NCBI RefSeq assembly: GCF_009834535.1
Contig: NC_045697.1
Location: 37,016,001 to 37,080,000 of the forward strand
Origin: Camelus ferus
Taxonomy: Eukaryota
Reading direction: 5' to 3'
DNA length: 64,000 nt
How positions within the stretch are numbered: the stretch's first letter is position 1; every line of letters starts with the position of its first letter. Shown piece by piece: positions 12,171-24,015 of this stretch. A model generated the notes under the pieces. That model saw only the letters and a program-made list of their open reading frames with translations, ran no database searches and had not been told where the DNA came from. Position numbers and translations under genes: made by a program.

Positions 12171-12725
12171 TGTCACCAGCAAAGCCCATTAATAATTACA
12201 GGAAATAAAACTAGAATCTGGGTAATAAACAAAGTCTAACCTTTTCATCCTTTTCTTTGTGCTTGGTCCAGTTTCACTTGCTCACAGGGAGCTGCCTGCA
12301 GAGTCCTCGCACCCAGCCCTTCAGGCCAGAGTTCCTAGTGCCAAACGGCTGTGCGGACGCCTCAGTGCGGTGGCCTGCGCGCAGAAGGGCTGCTCACGAC
12401 ACCCGGATTCAAGATGGCGGCCGTGTGCAGAGCCGCTGCCCCTGGCACCGCGACCTGAAGGGGGAGCAGCCCCCCTGGGCCTGCGCCTGCGCCTGCGCCC
12501 GCCCAGCGGGAAGTGCGCCCCTCCCTGCTGCGGAGAACCCTGTGAAGAGCCCCGCCCACGGCCTTCGGGGAGAGTGTGGACTCTGAGAGCTGAACCTGCC
12601 CATTTTTTGATCTAAGAATAAAGCTTTCCTTTGCTTCTGAACAGAACTCAGTCTCATTCTATTGGCACCACTGACACGAGACAGGAGGACCCTGGTTGGC
12701 AACCAAATTGGGAGCATCGGTAACA
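12171..12725 (+). repeat. 3' LTR, complete and CpG-rich
   Basis: Starts TGTCACC, ends GGTAACA; AATAAA 12617-12622; homologous to the 5' LTR. Confidence 0.92.
12341..12570 (+). promoter_or_regulatory. CpG-rich promoter-like module in 3' LTR U3 (YY1, NRF1-like, ETS-like, GC boxes)
   Basis: About 23 CpG in 230 bp; CAAGATGGCGGC 12410-12421; TGCGCCTGCGCCTGCGC 12482-12498; GCGGGAAGTG 12506-12515; CCCCGCCC 12550-12557. Confidence 0.6.
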
Positions 12726-12819
12726 TTTTCACTTAACACGACTAGTAAATCCCCTTTATTATTTAAACCAAAATGAGTTGTTTTCTTCACTTACAACCGA
12801 AAGATGAATGACTGATACA
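12726..12819 (+). mobile_element. MLT1-type LTR, 3' part
   Basis: tttcttcacttacaaccgaaag...tgactgataca matches the typical MLT1 3' terminus. Confidence 0.65.
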
Positions 12820-12849
12820 CTCTCTCTCTTATTTTTAGCTTTGCTTTAA

Positions 12850-14210
12850 GCCCCCTAGTTCAGGTTCTTCTTGCTTGGACTATTGCAGGAGCCTCTTAAT
12901 TACCCTCCCTACTTCTAATCCGTGTCCCTGTGATTTGTAGTTTGTTACTGGGTTAATACCTTTTAGGCACAGCTATAATCAAACCCTTTTGCCCCCAAAT
13001 AGCAGTGGGGGCAGAAAGTCAAACATCTTTTGACATTCTAGGCCTGCTCAGAGTGTGCCATGAGTACTCCTTAGGGCTTCCTGTGACTTCCACTCCATGT
13101 TGGTAAGTACAGAAGCTATTTTTGTATTCTTTTCTTTATTTAACAGCTCAGCAGTGTTTTTAATGTTGATTGCTCTCTCCTAAGACATTTCTCTTCCCTT
13201 TGTTTCTGTGATGCAGCATTCTCCACTTTTGGTCTTCTCCATCTATTCAATCATTAAATGTTGGAGTTTTTCCAGATTGTTTTCTAGGACTGTTGCTCTT
13301 CTTAGTCCATACGCATTTGCTGAGCTTCTCAACTCCCATGACCTAAAACTCCTTTTAAATGCTAATGACTCTAAATCTAAGCCTTCAACTGGACTTCACT
13401 AAGTTTCAGACACCGACAGCCACTTGCCCACTGGACATCTTAATCTCAGACTCGTCACTTTCTCCTCAAACTTGCACTTCCTCTAGGATTCCTAGCCCCA
13501 TGAATAGTTCTCACCATCTATCTAGGGGCTCAAGTCTGAAATTTGGAAGTTATGCTTGGCTCTTCCACCTCCCTAATCCTTCAAATGTAATCAAACCCCA
13601 GATCCTGTCAAGTCTACTGGCTAAAGATCTCTTTCTGTTCCTACTGTCATCCTCCAGTACAAGCCAAAATCCCCTGTCTCTGTTCTACTAACTAGTCTCT
13701 TAACTGGTTTCCCTGCTTCTACTCTGTCTCCTTTCTTCCCTCTCTCCACCTGAGCTATCTTTTAAAAATGCAAAATATGATCGTGCCACTCTCTTGCATA
13801 CAATCTCTCAATGACTGCCCAATGCCCTTAGAATCAGGTCCAAATTCATACCACAGCCCATAAGGCTCCAATGAGCCAGCCCCTGCCGACCCCTCCAACC
13901 TCACCCTGGGACTATTCCCCTTTTTTTTTTAACCCGGCTCACCACACTCTGCTTTGTCCTGAGGCTACACCAAGGCTGTTTTCTGTACCATCGATATTCT
14001 TAACTCGCCTTTCTGCTGCCTAACCCCAAGGCCCGGGCACAGGCATCCTTCCCTAACGCCCCCAAATTGTCGGCAAACCTCTTCCTACCCTGAATGTCAC
14101 TGCACCTCGCTTTTCAAAGAATCATCACAGTTGTGAAGACCTGTTCAATGTCTGTCTACTCTCCTGGACTTTAAGCTCCATGAGGGTGGGGACTGTGTCT
14201 GTTTTGTAAC
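12850..14210 (+). mobile_element. LINE-2 fragments
   Basis: atgctaatgactctaaatct, cttttaaaaatgcaaa, taagctccatgagggtggggactgtgtctgttttgt motifs. Confidence 0.65.
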
Positions 14211-15104
14211 CTTTGCCTCTAAAACTTTCTTTTTCATTGAAAAGAAAATGAAATTTTAAAAAAACATGAAAATTTCATGTTTATATAAACATACAGAATG
14301 AGAAATAAGCTTAAAAGGAAGGTAAATGTTGTGCATAAAATGAATTTCCTAAATATATACCTAGCTTGTAAAATAAAGAGGTGTATACAGATGCCCTTTT
14401 AAAAAATATTTAAAACCCATTATTTAAATAAGCCTCTTATAAGGCAATAAACTGGGGAAAGCAAAGAAGTAAAAACTCTCAAATCTCTCAAACATTTCTG
14501 AGTTTTGTGCCTATTTGTAACAGTGGAGGGAACTGCTGACGAGAAAGTTAGATAGGTGATGTAAATAGGGAGGCAATTGCTAACTACAACGTTACAAGTT
14601 AAAATTTGAATTATAAACGTTGACTAATTGTCATTACATGTGGTTTCTTTTGATAAGATCCTTTTAAATGTAGTCTAAATTTTAATTTAATGCACTTAAA
14701 AAGAAAATTTATGCCATTTATTAAAAGAAAATGTGGGCTGATTGTTAGTTCAGCCTTTGTGTTTGGGGTAAATGAGTAAGAATCTTCCAGCGCCTAAACT
14801 TTTCTTAGGTGGTAAACTCAGGTTCTTGGAAATCTTTATTAACTCTTTTTAGCCACCTGAACATTGTTCAAAAAGCTACTGTTTGAAAACTGTGCTGATG
14901 AAGAAGATGGGAGAGACCAGAACACAAATGATGTAATTCTCCTGATTCACTCTGTAAGTATTATTCCCTATGTTAGTAGGTTATCGGAGCTTTAGAATCT
15001 ATATCAAATACAGATGATCAGGTTTTTTTTTTTAATTAGCACACTATAACCACTTTTAGGGTAAAAAATATACTAAACATATTATTAGGTATTTTGTCAT
15101 CTTA

Positions 15105-15300
15105 ATGATAATAATTGAGACTATTCATAGCACTATTCTAAGTGCCTTGCATACATGACATTGTTTAAGTTTCACAACAATACAGTGGAGGCTTTTGAGT
15201 CTCAGAGAGGTTAAGTAATTTGATCACAGTTACACAGCTAGGGAGAGCTAGAATTACAAACCATATTTTCTAACTCCAAAGCCTGTAGATTTAGCCACAG
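15105..15300 (-). mobile_element. MIR SINE
   Basis: Core gagtctcagagaggttaagtaatttg...cacagcta...ctaactccaaagcc. Confidence 0.7.
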
Positions 15301-16754
15301 TGATGTACTGACACTCATCAGATCATGAATTTGAATGTCACTATTCTGGAAAGGCATGGCAACGATGATTCCAATTTCTGATAATGCGATAATAAGTTTA
15401 ATTTGATACTATATATAATGTTTATAATTTCCCACAGCGAATTTTTTTTTCTCATAAAGAGTTTTAGCAATCAAAAACATTTCCTTCTTCCAGGAAATGA
15501 GAGGACTTCTCTAACCAGGGAAACTTGATGGCTATCAGTTTGATTTCCAAACACGTCTGTTTTAAAATCATTTAAATTCCATCTATGTAGATAAGCCTTC
15601 CCATCTATTTTCCTATCTGTTATCTCCCTATCAGGTATTCCTTCTAGATATCCTGGAAGTCAGGGTATCAGTCTGATGGGAAGAGCTTCACAGAGCACAG
15701 CTGGGATCCGCCCTGGGGAAGGTGAACTAGATGCGTACTTCAAATATGGAAAATTTTCCCCAAAATAGGTGCAATTTAAGCATAGAGTTGGGAAGCATAG
15801 AATTGCAGTTTAAGCATACAGTTGTTGAGTACCGATCACGGGCCAGCTGCTGTGCTCCCGACTTCTATCTGGTTTTCCATCTTCCTACGGCCCTTCTCCC
15901 TGACCCAAGCCTCCTGTGCTAGCATCTGGGGTTCTACTGAAACATATGTAAATCTCATTTTTTCCCAGCCTGTGTGCAAAGACACATCATTAGTGTCCCA
16001 CTGGCAGTGAAAAGAGAGCCAGATGGGCTGGTTTCTAAGCCCAGCTCTCAGTAGCAGGGCCATTAAATGGGTTTCCATCACCCCACCTCTATGCCTTGCC
16101 CCAGTTCTGTGATCACCCCGGATTACACCTCAGGACAGAAGTAGACTGGGTGAGTGAGGGGAAAGGTATTCATAGGCTGCAGAGGTCCAGAAAAATTCCA
16201 ACACAGCAGATAGGAGAAATAATAAAAGTCGTGAGTGCTTGGGAATTTGCAACCTGCCCTACTCTACCTTTGTAACCACCAGCCCAAGCAAAATAATACT
16301 AGTGCATCACACAGAGAAGGAAACTGAGACTCAGATTGTGACACCCACGGTCTCCCGAGGACTGCAAGCTAGGATCTGAGACCTAAAGCATCTGACTTGA
16401 ATCCCACACTCCACTGCAGATCTGTGAAGGAGCACGAAGGCTGGCATCCAGGAACTCCTTGCTTATTAGAGACCCAGGATTAGGCAGCTCCAAGCCCAGA
16501 CCTGAGGGCTGAGACCAGCAGGGCACATTGCCCTCTGTCTTTCTGGACAATATAGTCTCACTTCTTCTGGGACTCAGTCCAACAACTATTCCTCCTCTTG
16601 GTTGTACTTTTAAATCTCTTCTCTTCACTTATTCACAGGTTTTCTTTACCTTGAAATCAGAATCAAAAATCTTTCCTTGGCCTTGATACTCCTTTAAGCA
16701 CACACCTTATCTCTCTGTTCTTTTTTGCCCAGCGTCTAAACAGTGATCCACACG

Positions 16755-16948
16755 AGGGTAGGAGGAGTGGGAGTTATTGTTTAATGGGTATGGAGTTCAC
16801 TTTTACAAGATGAAAAGAGTTATGAAGGTGAGTGGTGGTGACAGCTGGCATTATAAATGTATTTAATATTACTGTACTGTATACTAAACAATGGTTAAGA
16901 TGATACATTTTATGTTACGTGTATTTTACCACAATAAAAAAAAAAAAG
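16755..16948 (+). mobile_element. L1M (L1MB-like) 3' end
   Basis: gagttattgtttaatgggta...aatggttaagatg...ttttaccacaat followed by an A tail. Confidence 0.75.
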
Positions 16949-18232
16949 TGGGAAAAAGTAGTCTCCACCACATGCCCCTACTAGGATGAGCAGTGGGGGT
17001 TTCCTGGGAGACAGGACGTTGGGTGTCCAGGCAACTAGGACAGTTACTGACAACAGCACCCCCTTGTCATTCTTCACTCTGGGCTTTGTTCAGATTTAAC
17101 CTTAGAAATCTGCCTTTCTCCTTCTCCATCCACTGAAATGGACAGTAGCAGCTAAACCTAGTGATCTTCTTCTTCTTTTTTTTTTTTCTTCAGTTCTACA
17201 GCATTTGATTGATGAATTTCTCCTTGAAATTTCTTCTTTTTTCTTTCTTTACCCTCAGTAGCTTATGATTTTCTTTCTCCTAATAACTTCTCTCTGTCTC
17301 CTTCATTGACTCTTTCTTCTGCTATCAAATTCATGCCTCAGACCCCATGAGGTCAGGCAGGTCTGGGTTCAAGTTCTAACCCTTTATCTTTGAGCTCTGT
17401 TAATGCAAGTTGTGCAATCCCCCTTAATCTTAGCGTTCTGGTCTATAATACAGACCAGACCTGCCTACTACTTACTTACACTGTAGGATTGGGAAAGGAA
17501 TATTTAGAATGTTTAAGGTAGTTCTTGTTAGAAAGTAAGCTCCCAGTAAAAGGAAATATTGTTACTATCTCATCATCTTTTGAAGCTTCAACTTCCTTTT
17601 CTATGCAGCTCGCTGAACTGCAGCTTCAGTACTCTTTCTAGTGCCGTGACCATATTCTAATTGCCGTCTTCACCAGACTGTCGTCCAGCTCTGTCAACTC
17701 CAAATATTTAAGACTCAAGCCATCATCTTCCCCTCAAACCAACTCTAAGATTCAGTGTCTCTTCCTGCTTCCACAGTTCCCAGGGATCCAAGTTCAAGCG
17801 CTTCTGGATGTCCTTGGCTCACTCTTCCCTCTCCTCACCCACATCTAGCCAGTTTCAAATCTGATTAATTCCATCTGAGGCACATTTCGTATTCCCAGTG
17901 TCGCTGTTGGGCCCCCTACCTCCCACTTTAGTACCTCATTAGCTTGTAGCTGGACTATTTTCAGTAGCCTCTTAACTGACTTCTAAACCCATCGAGATAC
18001 TTGGTGCCAATTTCTGCCTGAATAATTTTCCTAATGCAAAACTCTAAAAGACCTTCAGAGTCAAAGAAAATATAAACTCATTAGTATGACTTTCAGGGCT
18101 AAAGTTTCAAGCTTTTCCAAAATGGCTCCACAAACTGATTAGCCCACATTATTTGCTTAATAAGAGCTTTTTAACTATTCAGACTCCAACAAATTGCTAG
18201 AGAAATACCGCGCTGTTTCCTCAACATTCTTT

Positions 18233-18366
18233 TTTGAAGGGGCAGGAGGTAATTGGGTTTACTTATTTGTTTATTTTTAATTTTTTCATAGGGGTACTGG
18301 GGATTGAACCCAGAACCTCATGCATGCTAAGCATGAGCTGTACCACTGAGCTATACCCTCCCCTCT
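18233..18366 (-). mobile_element. Camelid tRNA-derived SINE
   Basis: ggggattgaacccagaacctcatgcatgctaagc...ctgagctataccc; TSD TGTTTCCTCAACATTCTTT at 18214-18232 and 18367-18385. Confidence 0.92.
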
Positions 18367-18980
18367 TGTTTCCTCAACATTCTTTAATCAGGATTTTGTC
18401 CCCACCCTCCAGAAACTTTGCTCTTTACAAGGGCATTGTTGACCTCACACGAGGAAATCCTATAATCTCTCTTCCCGGCATCCATGTTACCCCACCTCTT
18501 GGCAATAGGGTTTTGTCCTTCCTTATGCCCTTCCTTTCCTTTGTCACAGGGAATGGTGGCAAGGGTGATTCCAAGGTTGTCAGACTGAGGACCCAGAAGA
18601 ACAGAGGTCTGAATGTGGGAAGAAAGGAGCTGGAAATATAGAATGGTGATTGGAAAGTGGGATACTTGACTGAGACTACGGGAGTGTGCATCACAAAGAG
18701 TATGGAATGACAGAATCTACAGATGACCATGGCAGTGTAGGACTGAAGAAGACAAAAAATCATTACAGATGAAGAGGTTAAGAAAATGAGAGTCCAAGAT
18801 ATTGGGAGAATATTGTAGGTATTGAAATCAGCAAGTATTATGATAGGACCACATAAAACCCTTAATACCTGTTATAGTCAATTAAATGGGGGAGAAGGCA
18901 TTATACAGAGATGCCCTGAGAGGAATGTGTAGACTAGGGCATTACTCTTAGAATGCATTCTCATGCTGTATAGTCTAGAT

Positions 18981-19201
18981 CAGAGGTCAGCAGACTTTTG
19001 CTGTAAAGGATAGGTAGTAAATACATGAACCTTTTGGTTCACACAGTCTCTATGGCAACTGCTCAGTTCTGCCTCTGCAGCAAGAAACAGCCATAGACAT
19101 ACATAAATGAACAAGCCTGGCTGTGTTCCAATAAAACTTTATTTATAAAAACAGGTGGCATGCTGCATTTGGTCCACAAGCTGTATTTTCCCTGGTCTCT
19201 G
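18981..19201 (+). mobile_element. hAT-Charlie MITE (MER58A-like)
   Basis: CAG...CTG ends, ctgtgttccaataaaactttattta core, 8-bp TSD GTCTAGAT (18973-18980, 19202-19209). Confidence 0.85.
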
Positions 19202-19209
19202 GTCTAGAT

Positions 19210-19505
19210 CAGTGCTGCCCAATAGTTCAAGCCACAAATGCAGGTCACAGATAATTTTACATTTTCTGTAGCTATGCTAAAATTGTAAGAATCATGCAAG
19301 GTTAATTTTCATAATATATTTTATTTAACACAATATGTCCAAAATATCCTTATTTCTGTGTAGTGAACATTAAAAAGTGTTGAGTTATTTTACATTCTTT
19401 TTTTTTTCAGACTGAGTTTTCTAAATCTCGTGTATTTGTAGCACATCTCAATTCACAGAAGCCACATTTCAAGTTACATAGGGCTACTATATTGGAAAAT
19501 GCAGA
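19210..19505. mobile_element. hAT-Charlie MITE (MER33/MER3-like)
   Basis: cagtgctgcccaatag...gcacatctcaatt...gccacatttcaagt...ctactatattgga. Confidence 0.7.
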
Positions 19506-19676
19506 TCTGCTTTTTTTTTTTTTTTCTAGCTTACTAAAGATCTCAAGCTAAATGAAAACTAGGGAGAACTTTGCTGAATTTATATTGAACCATTGGCTTT
19601 CGGTCTCTAAAGCCTGTTCTTTTTCGGTAGTAAGATATTATTTGTTTTTGGCAATGTTGATTTGGTTTTAGTGGAG

Positions 19677-20047
19677 TATCAGTTAAGGTAGGCTGTATCA
19701 TGCTGCGGTAACAAGCAGCCCCAGTGGCTTAAAATAAGCAAGCACGGTGTATTCTAACACAACTTAACATAACCAAGCGCGTAAGCAAAATGTCCAATGT
19801 AAGTCAATCATCCAATGAGTCAGGTTCATAGAGGCTCCATTTTGACACATGATTCAAGTCGTCAGGGGCCGGAAAGGAACTTTTAAATTTGTTTATTTGG
19901 AAGTATAACATATTTCCTTTGCTCACATTTCATTGGCCAAAGCAAGTCACATGGCAACTTCTAACTTGAAGGATGGCAGGAAAGTGAAGTCTTACCTTGT
20001 GCTTAAAGATTGGGAACTTGTGTGATTAGCCCTAATGTCTATTACAA
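19677..20047 (-). mobile_element. MLT1 (I/J-like) LTR
   Basis: tgctgcggtaacaa...tgctcacatttcattggccaaagcaagtcacatggc. Confidence 0.7.
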
Positions 20048-20369
20048 GTTGGTGGCCTGCAGACTTCCCCAAATACCAAGATTTGAGAAATAACCATCAT
20101 GTAATGGGTGACTATTCTATGCCAAGGAGTGCTCCTTTAGTATTTACGACTTTGGAAGTTTAGCAGGAGGTTATTTCACTAAAAAACCCATTATCACTTT
20201 GATGAAAATGTGGAAAGTTTGTGCCATATTGCCAGAGTATTCAGTCTTGTTCCACTTAGGATGAAGCATTCTGAGATAGATTTCCTTTAAAGTTGTAGCA
20301 CCAGGAACAAGTAAGATGGCAATGGAATCCAAAACAGAAGGCAATTTAACTCTCTTTTCCACATCTGGT

Positions 20370-22020
20370 GTGTAAAACTCACACACTGGACAAGTAGGGT
20401 CAGGAACTTTTCAATAAATAATGCTGGGATAATTCATTATTCAAATGGGTGGAGGAGGGGAAGTAGATTCCGATATCACCCTGTATTCAAATGTCAGTTC
20501 TGTGTAGATTAAAGACAAAAGCAAAACTCTAAAAGTTTTAGGGGAAAATATAAGAAAATATCTTAGTGAGTCCAAGGTTGGGAAGAATGTATTAAGACAC
20601 AAAATAACAACAACAAAAAAGAAGACACAAAATGCCCAAAGCATTTATCCATTAATTACTTTATTCATTCATTTTACAAATATTTACTGCGAATCTACTA
20701 GATGCCAGGCACTGATGTAAGCACTGGGAACAAGAAGAGGATAAGATAATTCTTCGTACCAGAGAACTTAGAGTCTAGTGGAACCATAAGTCAAGGAATA
20801 ATACATTTAATTACAGGAAGATGGAAAAGCTTCTAAAGAACAAAAGATGTTACCAACAAAATGACAATGTAGATCATAGGCTGGAAGAAGATACTTACAA
20901 GTTACAAAAAGGACTAGAATCTGGAATGTATAGTACCCTTTTCTAATCAAAAAGAAGAAGACAGACAATCCGATAGAAAAATGAGCAAATGATACAGGAA
21001 AAGAAAGCTAAATGTCAATAAACATGAAGAGATTTTCAGCATCATTCATAACAAGGGAAATACAAATTATACAATCACAAGATACAATTTAATGCAGAGA
21101 AGATTAGCAAAAATCACGTCTGACAAAACCACGTGTTAGCTGGGTTGTGGACCAGTGGGGCTGCTTATGAAAGGCTGAGGAGAATGCAAATAAATATGAC
21201 TATTTTGGAGAGCAACCTGGCGATTTATATTAAGGCTAAAAATATTCCTGCCCTCCCATCCAGTAATTCTACTTCCCAGTACGCACCCCAGTGAAATTCT
21301 TGTACACTGGTTCAAGGGGAAAAACACTGATTATTGCAGTACTGTTTGTGAAGACACGAAAACAATAAACATCTTCACCAATAGGAAACTGAATGAATAA
21401 ATACACTGTGAGATGTTCGTGCTGTGGAATAATATTAAATAGTTAAAATGAATGACCTTGAGTTGCCTGTACCAAAATGGATAAATTTCAAAAGCAGTTT
21501 TGAGTATAAAAACCAAAACCAATAATAAAAACAAACACCATATACTATGTTTTGGAGTTCTAAAATTTGTAGAACAGTGCTGTATCTTGTTTATGAATAT
21601 AAATACAGATTATAAAAGGATAAAAACATACAAGTGCATGAAAATATTAAATTTTGGGGGCAGGGGGAGACAGGAAATGGGAAAGAAGAGGGATCTGTAA
21701 TTGATTATAGTTGTTTCAAAACAATCAGAATGTTGCAGAAAAAAATTGAAATTATAATACAAACATTTTAAAATTTGACTCATTTAAGAATAAGTGGTTG
21801 ATCTTGAATCTGTCTTCCATGAACCCAAATGAGGGAGCAGGGATTGTCTGCAAACAGACACAGGGGAATATTTTGGGATGATAGAAAAGTTCCAAGGTTT
21901 GGTTGTGGTGGTGGCTGTACAACTTTTTACATTTACTAAAAATTTTCAGACTGTTCACTTACAATGGATGACTTTCATGGTATGCATTTATATACCTCAA
22001 GAAAACTGTTAAAATCTACG
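20370..22020 (+). mobile_element. Old L1 (L1ME-like) ORF2 end and 3'UTR, with a short L2 piece at ~20660-20780
   Basis: ataaataatgctggga, ctggaagaagatactt, ttttggagagcaacctggc, cagtaattctacttcc motifs. Confidence 0.65.
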
Positions 22021-22499
22021 TATCTGAAAGGACCTTTTCCAACATGGTTTTAAGGCAGATTTTTGTAGGAGGGAACCCCAATATCTTGTTTCTCTGGCTG
22101 TGTTTCGTGTACGTATATGCCTAAGAACGTCCTTTTTGGGAATTCAGTTTATACTAGTTAATCATATGTGTATGTTCATGATATTAGCGTTTAACGGTAA
22201 TGGACATGTTTGGATTTCCATGGATACTTCTGTAATAATTTCATAAAGTGAGAGTTTATGGAATACTGGGTTTCAGATCAAATTTTTATGACATTTAGTG
22301 TAAAAGTTAAGGAGAGGGGTGATTAAGCTTCATGGAAATTCGGAGTAATTGATTATTAGCCTTTCAGCAAGTAAAATCTCCATATTAGTGAGGAAAATTT
22401 TAATTATAATTAAAACTTACTAAAACTTTTGAGATTTGTGAAACCAATAAAAATCCATTTGAAAATTTCAAAAAAAAAGTGGTTGATGTTTTGTATACT

Positions 22500-23700
22500 T
22501 TCTATAAATAAGAACACTTTCCCATGTAACCACAATACAATCATCAAAATGATGAAATTAATATTAACATTATGAAGTTTACTGTACAGGAATTATGCTA
22601 CAATAAGGGTGTTAAAAAATATTAACATTGCTGCTTTCTCATCTTCAGACCCCCTTCGAGTTGTGCCACTTACATCAAAAGGATTCGATTCAGAATCCAG
22701 CATTGCATTTCATTGTTGTGACTCCTAACTCCAAACTCCGCAGTCTTTTGTTGACTTTTATGACCTGTTGCTTTTGAAGATTTCAGGTCAGTTCTTTTGT
22801 AGAATGTCCTTTAATTTGGATTTTTCTGGTATTTCCTTGTGATTAGACTGTACATCTTTAGCAGGAATATCACAAAAGTGATGATGTATTTTTCTCATTG
22901 TATGTTGGATGGTGACAATTTCAGTTTGTCCTGTTACTAATGATGTTCATTTTGATCACATGATTACAGTGGTGTCTGCCAACTTCCTCCACTGTGAAGG
23001 TACTCTCTTCTTTATAATTAATAGCTATAGAAATATCCCATTTCTCTTCAAACTCTCAAGTTATTCATTTATTTATTTAAGTCTATATGGACTCATGATT
23101 CCTGTTTTATTAAATAGGTTATAATTTCTTATTATTATTATTTAATTTTACCTTCAAATCATGTTCGTATTGACCATTGGGAGACCATTCAAGCTCACAT
23201 ATGGTCCTTTAACAGGTTCTCATCACTACTTAAGCAGTTTTTTTAGTTTCTAGCACAAGATGTTCCAGGCTTATCTTGTACTTTCCTTCTCAGTCCTAGT
23301 TCTAGAAGTAGCCAATTCTTCAGGAAGCCTCCATTGCTCTTAGTGGAGAATAGTGTGTAGAAGTCAAGATCTGAGCACTAGGTATGCTCATCTTTATTGA
23401 GGTGACACTGCTCCCAGCGAACAGAGCCAGGGAATATACATATGTACATGTGTATACACACATTTATATCTATATTTATTTTTTGTTGATCCATGCATAT
23501 GGAAAACCATATGTTCTCACCAAAACACAACTAATTCCAAGCCAACACTATAGAATTTATTCTTGTTCTCTCTTTCCATTGAAACCTGGCTCCTGTTACT
23601 CTTACTATATTTGTTCCTTTGATCAATTCCTAGGAATATAGCTCATCTCCCATCTCCTCTATCACCCTTTCTCTCATGTGGAAGACCTCTCTCCTGTTTG
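22500..23700 (-). mobile_element. Old L1 (L1MC-like) 3'UTR
   Basis: ttttgtagaatgtcc, ggcaggaatatcaca, atgttccaggcttatcttgta, caagatctgagcactagg motifs. Confidence 0.65.
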
Positions 23701-23884
23701 GGCTCTGACTTCCCATACCAGGGGCTGCCCTTCTGAGTAAGCACCCTCCTCACTGGTCCTGGGCCCTGACATTCCATGCCCTTCCCTTCATGTGGGCATC
23801 CCACATATCTATTGTGCGCAGACTTTGCTTCTCCGTGCTGGGCACTGTGGCTCCCTCTCTCCCAATCATGGTCTGTCCACTTAA

Positions 23885-24015
23885 AAGGAGAGAGCAGGGG
23901 AGGAGAAGGGAGAGAGGAGATGGGGAGGAAGGGAAGAGGAGGGAAGAGGGGAGAAAAGCAGGGGAGGGATATAGAGGGGAATGGAGGGAAGAAAGGGAAA
24001 AGAAAGGAAAAAAGG
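23885..24015. repeat. GA-rich polypurine low-complexity tract
   Basis: About 130 nt almost entirely G/A. Confidence 0.85.

Larger units (their letters stand above)
3954..12725 (+). mobile_element. Decayed class I (gamma-like, ERV1) endogenous retrovirus provirus
   Basis: TG...CA termini, two homologous LTRs, TTTT on both sides (3950-3953, 12726-12729), gag/pro/pol/env remnants in order, polypurine tract before the 3' LTR. Confidence 0.95.
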
